Origin: Nostoc sp. PCC 7120 = FACHB-418
GTDB taxonomy: Bacteria; Cyanobacteriota; Cyanobacteriia; Cyanobacteriales; Nostocaceae
Assembly: GCF_000009705.1 (NCBI RefSeq)
Contig: NC_003272.1
Location: 4,170,001 to 4,202,000 of the forward strand
Direction of reading: 5' to 3'
DNA: 32,000 nt
Part shown: one piece after another, positions 19,385 through 28,145 of the stretch
Layout: each line of letters begins with the position of its first letter
Position numbering within the stretch: the first letter of the stretch is position 1
Translations under genes and position numbers: made by a program
The notes under the pieces: generated by a model
Databases searched by the model: none
Seen by the model: the letters and a program-made list of their open reading frames with translations, nothing else
Told to the model about the DNA's origin: nothing

Positions 19385-21058
19385 ATGTCTGAAATGAAAT
19401 TTAAGCAAGTTGCTAAACAAGTAGAAGATGTATGTTCTGAAAGTTTGAGAATATTATCTTCATCTACCGATAGTGAGATAGATGTATTTGCAAGAGATTT
19501 TGAAATTTTCATTCATGAATATCAACAAAAAGCACAATTAACTATTGCCTTTGTTGGTCAATATAATGCGGGTAAGTCTACTTTGATTAAAGCTCTTACG
19601 GGCGATACATCTGTCCGAATCAGTGCTGAAATTTGTACAGATAGGATTACTGAATATCTCTGGAAAGAAGTTATTCTAATTGATACCCCAGGAATTTATG
19701 CAGGTAGAACAGATCACGATCAAATCACTCTAGAACAAATTTCAAAAAGTGATTTACTCATCTTTGTTGTTCCCAACGAATTATTTAACCCTCAAGGCGG
19801 AGATTTTTTTAAAAGAGTTGCCAATGAAATGCAGCGAGTTGGTCAAATGCTCTTAGTAGTTAATAAAATGAGTCGTGAACGCGGTAAGCCAGAAGATTTG
19901 CTTAAAAGCCTTTTGGAAGTTGTAGAGCCTCATCACCCTAATGATTTTCATACTTGTTTTATTGATGCTGATTCTTATTTTAATACTCAGTGTGAAAAAG
20001 ATGAAGATGAAAAAGAATTTTTACTCGAAGAAGCTAATTTTGATGCTTTCCTGACATCGTTACATAAATTAATCGATAAGAATAAATTCTATGCAAGACT
20101 GTTAACACCTCTCAACCGTGCCTTAGATATATTAGAACGGTCTTACAATATTTTGAGTACAGATAATAAATCCGCTAGAGATTTCTTAGAACTACTCCAT
20201 CGGAAAATGTTACTTATTAAGACATCTCAAATAAGATTTAGAAATTGTTATATAGCTGAATTTAACAATCTTGAACACGGAATATTAATGATTGGCGAAG
20301 GTGTTGCTAGTAAAGTTGACGGGAGACATAGCGAAAAAGATATTAACTTGACAATTAAAAAAGCCGAGAAAGAAATAGAATCAACTACAAAGCAAACAAT
20401 AGAGAAAATACAGTTGGGCTTGGAAGAGGAATTAAGTAAACTTCAAATTCAACTCGAACAATTATTACAATCAAGGTTGGGTCGCTCTTTAGTCGAAGAA
20501 GTGCAAGTTTCATCAACAGGTAAAAAACAAGTTGATTATGAAGAAGTTGAGAAAACTCCAGAAATACCATCCTTTTTAAGAAAAAGTCCTGAAACTGTAC
20601 GGGCTATAGGAAATTTTGCGTCGGCAGTTTCTAGAGACCTAGTTTATAACGTCGGTAAATTTTTTGGTGTAAAATTTCGTCCTTGGGGAGCAGTGAACGG
20701 GGCTAAATTCATCAGAGGTTTAGGGCCTATTATTGGAGGTGTTGGTCTAATTCTAGAAATTTTTCTTAATGCTAAACAGGAACAGGATGAAGCAGAATAT
20801 GAGCAGAAACTCCGGGAAGCAAGATCAGATTTACGCCAGAGTTTTCGACAATTAGCTTCAGAAATTAGAAGTGAATATGAAGAGAATATTAAAAGTGAGA
20901 TTATTTCTGGCTTTTATGAATCTGAACTTCAAGATGTTGAACGTCAGCGAGATGAATTGCGAAATGATGAAGGTTCAAAAATTGAAATAGTTAATCGAAT
21001 CAAACATATAATCCAAAAAATTAAGAAGCAAATAGTCACAATAGAAAATAATGCTTAA
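19385..21058 (+). CDS. Dynamin-like GTPase, second member of the pair, 557 aa
   Basis: The G1 motif VGQYNAGKSTLIKALTG is encoded around 19556-19582. G3 is LIDTPG and the G4-like motif is VVNKMS. It has a helical stalk, the hydrophobic segment GLGPIIGGVGLILEIFL and a charged coiled-coil tail. It lies 73 bp downstream of the first GTPase and has a GAGG-type RBS. Confidence 0.8.
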   Translation: MSEMKFKQVAKQVEDVCSESLRILSSSTDSEIDVFARDFEIFIHEYQQKAQLTIAFVGQYNAGKSTLIKALTGDTSVRISAEICTDRITEYLWKEVILIDTPGIYAGRTDHDQITLEQISKSDLLIFVVPNELFNPQGGDFFKRVANEMQRVGQMLLVVNKMSRERGKPEDLLKSLLEVVEPHHPNDFHTCFIDADSYFNTQCEKDEDEKEFLLEEANFDAFLTSLHKLIDKNKFYARLLTPLNRALDILERSYNILSTDNKSARDFLELLHRKMLLIKTSQIRFRNCYIAEFNNLEHGILMIGEGVASKVDGRHSEKDINLTIKKAEKEIESTTKQTIEKIQLGLEEELSKLQIQLEQLLQSRLGRSLVEEVQVSSTGKKQVDYEEVEKTPEIPSFLRKSPETVRAIGNFASAVSRDLVYNVGKFFGVKFRPWGAVNGAKFIRGLGPIIGGVGLILEIFLNAKQEQDEAEYEQKLREARSDLRQSFRQLASEIRSEYEENIKSEIISGFYESELQDVERQRDELRNDEGSKIEIVNRIKHIIQKIKKQIVTIENNA

Positions 21059-21203
21059 TTAAAGTTATATAGTGGTTTGCTGAATGCGATAAGACTCTAT
21101 ACTGGCATAGTTTGTCAGTTCAATGGGGAGGCGATCGCCCATTAGTATACAGTGGCAGCAGCTAGCTAAACCAACGCATCTATCAACAATATTAGTAGCT
21201 AAT

Positions 21204-21234
21204 TTGACATCGAGAGGTTGATATATAGCATAAT
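21204..21234 (+). promoter_or_regulatory. Candidate sigma70-type promoter for the hsd operon
   Basis: TTGACA at 21204-21209 is followed 16-19 nt later by TAGCATAAT. It lies about 80 nt upstream of the hsdR ATG. This is a pattern match only. Confidence 0.3.
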
Positions 21235-21315
21235 ACAAGTTAAATACCTAACATTCTCTACGGTAGGCTATGTAATTTCACTGCTTATACTCCTCAACTC
21301 TCAATCGACCCTTTT

Positions 21316-23646
21316 ATGTCAGAAGCAATTGACAAGAAATCTTTGAGCGAACGTGATATCTGTACAAAGTACATTACGCCTGCTCTAGTTAATCGCGGCT
21401 GGAATATCAACACTCAGATTCGTGAGGAAGTGACGCTGACAAAAGGTAGGGTGATTGTTAGGGGTAAGCTTACTAGTCGAGGTGAGCAGAAACGCGCTGA
21501 TTATGTGCTGTATCACAAACCCGGTGTACCACTGGCTGTAATTGAAGCTAAAGATAATAATCACTCGGTCAGTGCGGGAATGCAACAGGCGATCGCAACT
21601 GGTGAACTAATTGATGTACCATTCATCTTTAGCTCGAATGGCGACGCTTTTATGATGTGTGACTGTACAGTCACCGACGGACAGCGAGAACGGGAAATCC
21701 CCCTTGACCAGTTCCCAACACCGGAGAAACTTTGGCAAAAATACTGTGATTGGAAGGGAATTGACACCGACATTCAGCCAATTGTTTCTCAAGATTACTA
21801 TCCCAGTCCTGATAAAAAACAGCCACGCTATTATCAACAGATTGCCATTAACCGGACAATTGAGGCGATCGCGAAAGGAGAAAACCGCATTCTGTTAGTG
21901 ATGGCGACGGGTACGGGTAAGACTTTTACAGCTTTTCAGATTATCTGGCGGTTGTGGAAGTCAGGGGCGAAAAAGCGTATCCTGTTCTTGGCAGACCGCA
22001 ACATTTTGGTTGATCAAACTAGAGTCAATGACTTTAAACCCTTTGGCTCAAAAATGACCAAAATTAAGCAGCGACAGATAGATACATCTTACGAGATTTA
22101 TCTATGTCTGTATCAGGCGGTAACGGGAAATGAAGAGGCGAAAAACATTTATCGGCAGTTTTCACCAGGTTTTTTTGACTTAATTATTATAGATGAGTGC
22201 CATCGGGGAAGCGCGTCTGAAGATTCGGCATGGCGAGATATTTTGGCATATTTTAGCAGTGCAACGCAGATTGGCTTGACTGCTACCCCAAGGGAAACAG
22301 AAGAAGTTTCTAATAGTCTTTATTTTGGCGATTCAATTTTTACCTATTCGCTCAAACAAGGGATTGAAGATGGCTTTTTAGCTCCCTATAAAGTTATTCG
22401 CATTGACTTTGATACAGATTTGAGTGGCTGGAAACCGAAGCCAGGACAAAGAGATAAATATGGTAAAGAAATTCCTGACCAAGTATTTAATCAGCGAGAT
22501 TTTGATAGAACTCTGGTTTTAGAGAAGCGTACCGAGTTAGTCGCGCGGATTATTTCTGATTATCTCAAATCAAGCGATCGCTTTGCCAAAACTATCGTTT
22601 TTTGTGAGACGACTGACCACGCAGAACGGATGCGGGTGGCGTTGGTGAATGAGAATGCTGATTTGATGGCGGAGAATAGCCGCTACATTATGCGAATTAC
22701 TGGGGATGATGCTCAGGGTAAAGCAGAATTAGATAATTTCATTGACCCTGAAAGTAAATATCCTACGATTGTTACTACCTCTGAGTTACTGACGACTGGC
22801 GTTGATGCTAAAACTTGCAAGTTGATTGTTTTAGACCAGCGCATCCTGTCTATGACTAAATTTAAGCAAATTGTTGGTCGCGGTACGCGCATTGATGAAG
22901 ACTATGGCAAAATGTTCTTCACCATTATCGATTTTAAGAAAGCAACACAGTTATTTGCTGACCCTGAGTTTGATGGTGAACCTGTACAAATTTATCAGCC
23001 CAAACCAGTTGATCCAATTGTTCCACCCGATAATGGAGACGATGAGGTAATCATTGATGGTGAGATTACCCGCAAGCAAAAGCGGGAGAAGTATGTAATT
23101 GCAGACGAAGAGGTGTCTGTTGCTTTTATTCGTGAGCAGTACCACGGTAAGGACGGTAAGCTGATTACGGAATCGATTAAAGACTATACTCGCAAAACAG
23201 TTAGTCAGGAGTACGCCTCATTAGATGCTTTCTTGAAGAAATGGCACTCTACCGAACAAAAGCAGGCTATTATCCAAGAGCTACAGGAATTGGGTGTACC
23301 TTTGGAAGCGTTAGAAAAAGAGATTGGCAAGGGTTTTGACCCATTAGACTTGATTTGTCATGTTGTCTTTGACCAACCGCCACTAACACGGAAAGAAAGG
23401 GCGAACAATGTCCGCAAGCGTAATTATTTTAGCAAGTATAGTGAACAGGCTCGTAAGGTAATAGATGCGCTTTTGGATAAATATGCGGATGAAGGGATTG
23501 AAGATATTGAAAAATTGGATGTGCTGAAGGTTCATCCTTTTGATAAAGTGGGTACACCAATAGAAATTATTCAGCTTTTTGGCAGTAGAAAAGAATATCT
23601 TAATGTACTTCAGCAGCTAAAAACGCAACTTTATGAGATAGCCTAG
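21316..23646 (+). CDS. hsdR: Type I restriction enzyme R subunit (EcoEI-like C-terminal domain)
   Basis: 776 aa. The N-terminal PD-(D/E)xK nuclease region reads ADYVLY...AVIEAKD. The SF2 motor has VMATGTGKT, and IIDECH is encoded at 22192-22203. There are also TATPRE and helicase C motifs (TTGVD, QIVGRGTR). The C-terminal block ..KYADEGIEDIEKLDVLKVHPF.. is typical of the EcoEI R C-terminal domain. Confidence 0.95.
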   Translation: MSEAIDKKSLSERDICTKYITPALVNRGWNINTQIREEVTLTKGRVIVRGKLTSRGEQKRADYVLYHKPGVPLAVIEAKDNNHSVSAGMQQAIATGELIDVPFIFSSNGDAFMMCDCTVTDGQREREIPLDQFPTPEKLWQKYCDWKGIDTDIQPIVSQDYYPSPDKKQPRYYQQIAINRTIEAIAKGENRILLVMATGTGKTFTAFQIIWRLWKSGAKKRILFLADRNILVDQTRVNDFKPFGSKMTKIKQRQIDTSYEIYLCLYQAVTGNEEAKNIYRQFSPGFFDLIIIDECHRGSASEDSAWRDILAYFSSATQIGLTATPRETEEVSNSLYFGDSIFTYSLKQGIEDGFLAPYKVIRIDFDTDLSGWKPKPGQRDKYGKEIPDQVFNQRDFDRTLVLEKRTELVARIISDYLKSSDRFAKTIVFCETTDHAERMRVALVNENADLMAENSRYIMRITGDDAQGKAELDNFIDPESKYPTIVTTSELLTTGVDAKTCKLIVLDQRILSMTKFKQIVGRGTRIDEDYGKMFFTIIDFKKATQLFADPEFDGEPVQIYQPKPVDPIVPPDNGDDEVIIDGEITRKQKREKYVIADEEVSVAFIREQYHGKDGKLITESIKDYTRKTVSQEYASLDAFLKKWHSTEQKQAIIQELQELGVPLEALEKEIGKGFDPLDLICHVVFDQPPLTRKERANNVRKRNYFSKYSEQARKVIDALLDKYADEGIEDIEKLDVLKVHPFDKVGTPIEIIQLFGSRKEYLNVLQQLKTQLYEIA

Positions 23647-23671
23647 TTAATCATCTTTAAATTTGTTTTGT

Positions 23672-24664
23672 ATGGACGATCCAATAAAATACATTGACTC
23701 ATCTATTAAAGGTTTACAGGATAAACTATCTACATCTAATTCGGTGTTAGATATTGAAGTACAGGCAGAACTTTCTCATATTTTATCTATCTACCGACGA
23801 TTAAAAACTGCTTTTTTAATTGCCAAGGTTCAAGATAACAAAAATAAGCTAGAACATATTGAAGCAATAGCGCCTAATCTTAATTTGGCAATTTCTGCAT
23901 TACAAGTAAATTCTAACAAGGTTTTGGCAAGGAACATTAGGCGAGATGCAGAATACTTCATACGGAGAATTGAAAATCCTGTCACTGCATTTTTCGTGAA
24001 TAATTTCTTTAAATTTCTTTATTCTACAGAAACTCATACAAAAGTAGTTATCGGTCTGTTTTTAGCTTTACCTATTCATCTATTAGCACCGATTGTTTTA
24101 GCATATATACTTAGTACATCCAATCTTTATTTAAAACCTTTATTTAAAGAACAATTAACAAAGCCCATATCTTCAGAAAATTTAGTAGAAGCACAAAAGC
24201 CAGAAGTAAAAACTCAAATAAAGTTGACAGAATATGAGTTTTATGAGGCATCCGTGCTGCTGGTATTATCAGCAATGTCAGGAGCGACTGGTAGTGTTGT
24301 AAGTATTATGTTGAGGCTGGATCAATATGGCAATCCACGGTATAAAGAAACCTTACTTCCTATATTTGTGGGAGCATTCAAGCCAGCAATTGGGGCATTT
24401 TTAGGGATTTTTGTTTTTGCTCTCATCAATTCTACACTTCTGCCTATTACAATTTCTAAAGATGAGGAAAAGCCAATTAATAGATGGTTGGCGTTTTTAG
24501 CAATTACTTTTGTTGTGGGCTTTAGTGAAAGACTAGCAAATGATGTTGTTAGTCAAGCAGAAAGAATTGTACCAGGGAGAGGTGCTTCACAGGAAAAAAG
24601 CGAAACTTCTGCATCACAATTATCTGCACCTACAGAAGAAGATAAAGAAAACGATAAAAGTTAA
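23672..24664 (+). CDS. Hypothetical multi-pass membrane protein (helical N-terminal domain plus about 4 TM segments) inserted between hsdR and hsdM
   Basis: The ORF opens at TTG 23663, and ATG 23672 is the likelier start. The hydrophobic segments are VVIGLFLALPIHLLAPIVLAYIL, ASVLLVLSAMSGATGSVVSIML, LLPIFVGAFKPAIGAFLGIFVFALI and WLAFLAITFVVGF, followed by an acidic/Ser-rich tail. It lies 25 nt after the hsdR stop and ends 7 nt before the hsdM start. Confidence 0.7.
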   Translation: MDDPIKYIDSSIKGLQDKLSTSNSVLDIEVQAELSHILSIYRRLKTAFLIAKVQDNKNKLEHIEAIAPNLNLAISALQVNSNKVLARNIRRDAEYFIRRIENPVTAFFVNNFFKFLYSTETHTKVVIGLFLALPIHLLAPIVLAYILSTSNLYLKPLFKEQLTKPISSENLVEAQKPEVKTQIKLTEYEFYEASVLLVLSAMSGATGSVVSIMLRLDQYGNPRYKETLLPIFVGAFKPAIGAFLGIFVFALINSTLLPITISKDEEKPINRWLAFLAITFVVGFSERLANDVVSQAERIVPGRGASQEKSETSASQLSAPTEEDKENDKS

Positions 24665-24671
24665 GTAAGCA

Positions 24672-26114
24672 ATGTCAATTAGCACTACAATTAAGACTAT
24701 TCAAGATATCATGCGGAAAGATGCGGGCGTTGATGGTGACGCGCAACGCATTAACCAGTTAGTTTGGATGATATTCCTCAAGGTTTTTGATGCCCGTGAA
24801 GAAGAATATGAACTGTTAGAAGATAATTATAAATCTCCCATTCCTGAAGGTTTGCGTTGGCGGAACTGGGCAGCAGATTCCGAAGGTATCACAGGAGATG
24901 GTTTACTAGATTTTGTAGATAATGCTTTATTTAAAACCCTTAAAGAACTAAGAACTACGGCAACTGATGCCCGTGGGCAGATGATTGGTAAAGTGTTTGA
25001 GGATGCCTACAACTATATGAAAAATGGCACTCTCATCCGCCAAGTAATTAATAAGCTCAATGAAGTTGATTTTAATAAAAAAGACCAGAAAAAACAGTTT
25101 AGCGAAATTTACGAGAAAATTCTCAAAGATTTGCAGAGTGCGGGAAATGCCGGAGAATATTATACTCCCCGTGCGGTGACAAAGTTTATTGTAGATAGAA
25201 TCAAGCCGCAATTAGGGGAAATTGTATTTGATCCAGCTTGCGGTACAGGTGGCTTTTTAACAGCAGCAATTGATTACATTCGCCAACATTTTCAAAGTGC
25301 TGATGTACCAGAAATTCTGCAACGGACGATTCGCGGAACTGAGAAAAAGCCGTTACCTTTTAACCTTTGTGTCACGAATCTGATTTTAAATGGTATTGAT
25401 GTGCCGTCAGCAGAACATGATAATACTTTGGCACGACCATTGCGCGATTACAGTCCTCACGAACGGGTGGATGTAATTATCACTAATCCGCCTTTTGGTG
25501 GGATGGAAGAAGATGGAATTGAGGACAATTTCCCAGCTACCTTCCGCACCAGAGAAACGGCAGATTTATTTCTGGTGCTGATTGCTCATTTACTCAAGGA
25601 AGGCGGTAGAGGTGCAATAGTTTTACCAGATGGTACGCTGTTTGGCGAAGGTGTAAAAACGCGGATTAAAGAAAAACTCCTGCAAGATTGCAATCTGCAT
25701 ACAATTGTGCGCTTACCAAATGGCGTATTTAATCCCTACACAGGTATTAAAACTAATCTGCTATTTTTCACTAAAGGGGAACCCACAGAAACGATTTGGT
25801 ATTATGAACACCCTTACCCAGCAGGTTATAAGTCATACTCGAAAACTAAGCCGATTCGCTTTGAGGAGTTTGCACCGGAGCAAGAATGGTGGGATAACCG
25901 CGAGGAAAATGAATTTGCTTGGAAAGTTTCAATTGCAGATTTGAAGGCGAATAATTACAACCTAGATATTAAAAATCCTCACAAAGTTGATGTAGAACAC
26001 GCTGATTTAGATGAAATGTTAGCAGATCATCAAAAACTTATGGCTGAATTGGGTGAGGTGCGGAGTAAGTTGAAATTTGAATTAATGGAAGCGTTGGAAA
26101 GAGATGAAGCTTGA
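24672..26114 (+). CDS. hsdM: Type I R-M system N6-adenine DNA methyltransferase subunit
   Basis: 480 aa. It has an HsdM N-terminal domain (IMRKDAGVDGDAQRINQLVWMIFLK), the AdoMet motif I DPACGTGGFL, and motif IV IITNPPFGG encoded at 25485-25499. Confidence 0.95.
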   Translation: MSISTTIKTIQDIMRKDAGVDGDAQRINQLVWMIFLKVFDAREEEYELLEDNYKSPIPEGLRWRNWAADSEGITGDGLLDFVDNALFKTLKELRTTATDARGQMIGKVFEDAYNYMKNGTLIRQVINKLNEVDFNKKDQKKQFSEIYEKILKDLQSAGNAGEYYTPRAVTKFIVDRIKPQLGEIVFDPACGTGGFLTAAIDYIRQHFQSADVPEILQRTIRGTEKKPLPFNLCVTNLILNGIDVPSAEHDNTLARPLRDYSPHERVDVIITNPPFGGMEEDGIEDNFPATFRTRETADLFLVLIAHLLKEGGRGAIVLPDGTLFGEGVKTRIKEKLLQDCNLHTIVRLPNGVFNPYTGIKTNLLFFTKGEPTETIWYYEHPYPAGYKSYSKTKPIRFEEFAPEQEWWDNREENEFAWKVSIADLKANNYNLDIKNPHKVDVEHADLDEMLADHQKLMAELGEVRSKLKFELMEALERDEA

Positions 26115-27731
26115 AAGTTTTTTTGATAATTTTGAATTGTTAACTGATGCGCCAAATGCGAGCGCAAAGCTGCGGGATTTGATTTTGCAATTGGCTGTTA
26201 AAGGTAAGCTAGTTAATCAAGATTTAAATGATGAATCAGCCTCAATTCTTTTGGAGAATGTCCAAGCTCAAAAAGAAAAAATAACTGGTGGGCGAAAAAT
26301 TGAAAAAGAAAATTTTTTGTTAGAAATTGAAGAGAAAGAATATTTTTATAATATACCTCCAAAATGGATATATACAAGATTAGAAAATATTAGCTTTTTT
26401 TAGGAGGATATGCTTTTAAAAGTAATTCCTACGTACAATACTCAAATAACCAAATAATAAGACTAGGAAATGTAAAAAATGACGAAATACTTTTGAATCA
26501 GAATCCAGTTTTTATAACAGATGAGGTTGCTAGTGAGAGCGATAAATTTTTAATTCATGAGAATGATATTCTCATAACTATGACTGGGACAAAGAATAAA
26601 AGAGATTTTTGTTTTACTGCCATAGTAGATGCAACTCACATTGCTGAAAAGAAGCTTTACTTAAATCAAAGAGTTGGCTGTATAAGAATAATTAAACCAG
26701 TTTATAACCAATTAGTTAACATTTTTTTGAAATCTCCCATAATTGTAGATTATCTACTATCATCTGCAACTGGAACTGCAAATCAAGCCAATATAGGAGC
26801 CAATACTCTACGGGAACTCCCATTCCCTCTTCCACCCCTTGCAGAACAAAAACGCATTGTAGAGAAGTGCGATCGCCTGCTTTCCATCTGCGACGAAATC
26901 GAAAAACGGCACCAGCAAAGGCAAGAGAGCATTGTGAGGATGAATGAGAGTGCGATCGCTCAACTCCTCTCATCCCAAAATCCCGACGATTTCCGCCAAC
27001 ACTGGCAGCGCATTTGCAATAATTTTGACTTACTCTACAGCATTCCTGAAACTATTCCTAAACTGCGTCAGGCGATTTTGCAATTGGCTGTGCAGGGTAA
27101 ACTAACTAATCAAAGTAGTAAAGAAATCAAAAAAATATCAGATACTCACAAAGTATCTGATTATGTCAGCATCTTAAATGGTTATGCGTTCAAAAGCACT
27201 TGGTTTATCAATGATGGGATTCGTCTTTTGCGGAATGCAAACGTTGGTCATGGTGATTTAAGATGGGACGATGTAGCCACAATATCTGAAGAAAGAGCGC
27301 AAGAATTTCAAAGATTCAAGCTAGATATAGATGATATAGTTATATCCCTTGATCGTCCTATCATTTCAACCGGATTAAAAGTTGCAAGAATTACTAAGAA
27401 TGACCTTCCATGCCTTCTTTTACAGCGTGTTGGAAAATTCGAGTTTAAAACCGATAAAGTTATCCCTGATTTTTTCTTCCTGTGGCTACAGTCTCCAATT
27501 TTCATAAATGCGATAGATCCAGGCAGAAGTAATGGAGTACCACATATTTCATCCAAAAGTATAGAAGCGATTCTCTTCAATCCTCCTTCCAGAGAAGAAC
27601 AAAAACGGATTGTAGAGAAGTGCGATCGCCTGATGTCTCTCTGTGATACCCTAGAAGCCAAACTAAAACAAGGGCGAGACAGCAGCGAGAAACTGATGGA
27701 AGTTGCAGCAAAACAGGTTTTAACAGTCTAA
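26104..27731 (+). pseudogene. hsdS: Type I R-M specificity subunit, interrupted by a frameshift in a T7 tract (ORFs 26104..26403 and 26493..27731)
   Basis: The first ORF carries the N-terminal conserved helix (LRDLILQLAVKGKL) and the start of TRD1, and stops at ..ENISFF*. The frame offset by one nt continues from 26400 as LGGYAFKSNSYVQYSNNQIIRLGNVKNDE.., which parallels TRD2 (ILNGYAFKSTWFINDGIRLLRNANVGHGD). The central and C-terminal conserved regions (EQKRIVEKCDRL x2) are present. The start overlaps hsdM by 11 nt. Confidence 0.85.
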
Positions 27732-27743
27732 TAGCCATTTTCC

Positions 27744-27805
27744 GTAGGGACGGGTTTAAAAATCTGCTCGATTATTAATGATGATCTTGGTGAACCCGCC
27801 CCTAC
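27744..27805. repeat. Small palindromic dispersed repeat, copy 1 (GTAGGGACGGGTTTA ... TGAACCCGCCCCTAC)
   Basis: About 15-bp inverted arms flank a roughly 32-nt centre, 13 nt after the hsdS stop. Related copies lie at 28680 and 29988. Confidence 0.75.
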
Positions 27806-27875
27806 AAACGGCGTTTAGGCTTACGATAAGGCAAAATTAAGATATTAGCCCTGACATTTAACAGTCAAGCCAACC

Positions 27876-28145
27876 ATGACCTCAATCAAAGCAAAACTCA
27901 TCGAAGCGATCGAAACAGTACCAGATTCGATTTTAGAGCAAACCCTTGATTATCTCGAATATCTCAAAACCAAAGAACAGAAACCTCAGACTTTATCTCA
28001 AGAAATTCCTCAAAAAGAGGGAGAGCCGATTTTGCGTGGTTCTAAAGCCAAAGATTTACTCAAGTTTGCAAAAACATGGCAGGGAGACGACTTCGAGGAA
28101 TGCCTTCAGCTTGTTTATGACACCCGTTCCCAAGCAGAGTTCTAA
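27876..28145 (+). CDS. Putative type II antitoxin partnered with the downstream PIN toxin
   Basis: 89 aa. Its stop overlaps the ATG of the PIN gene by 1 nt (TAATG). N-terminal MTSIKAKLIEAIETVPDSILEQTLDYLEYLK is typical of small cyanobacterial antitoxins. The assignment rests mainly on position and coupling. Confidence 0.65.
   Translation: MTSIKAKLIEAIETVPDSILEQTLDYLEYLKTKEQKPQTLSQEIPQKEGEPILRGSKAKDLLKFAKTWQGDDFEECLQLVYDTRSQAEF

Noticed and set aside
17146-21058. Reading the two GTPases as translation/ribosome-associated GTPases (Era/EngA-like)
   Set aside because: Both are far larger and lack KH or other RNA-binding modules. They have long helical stalks plus hydrophobic membrane segments, which fits dynamin-like proteins better. 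This still needs a profile search.
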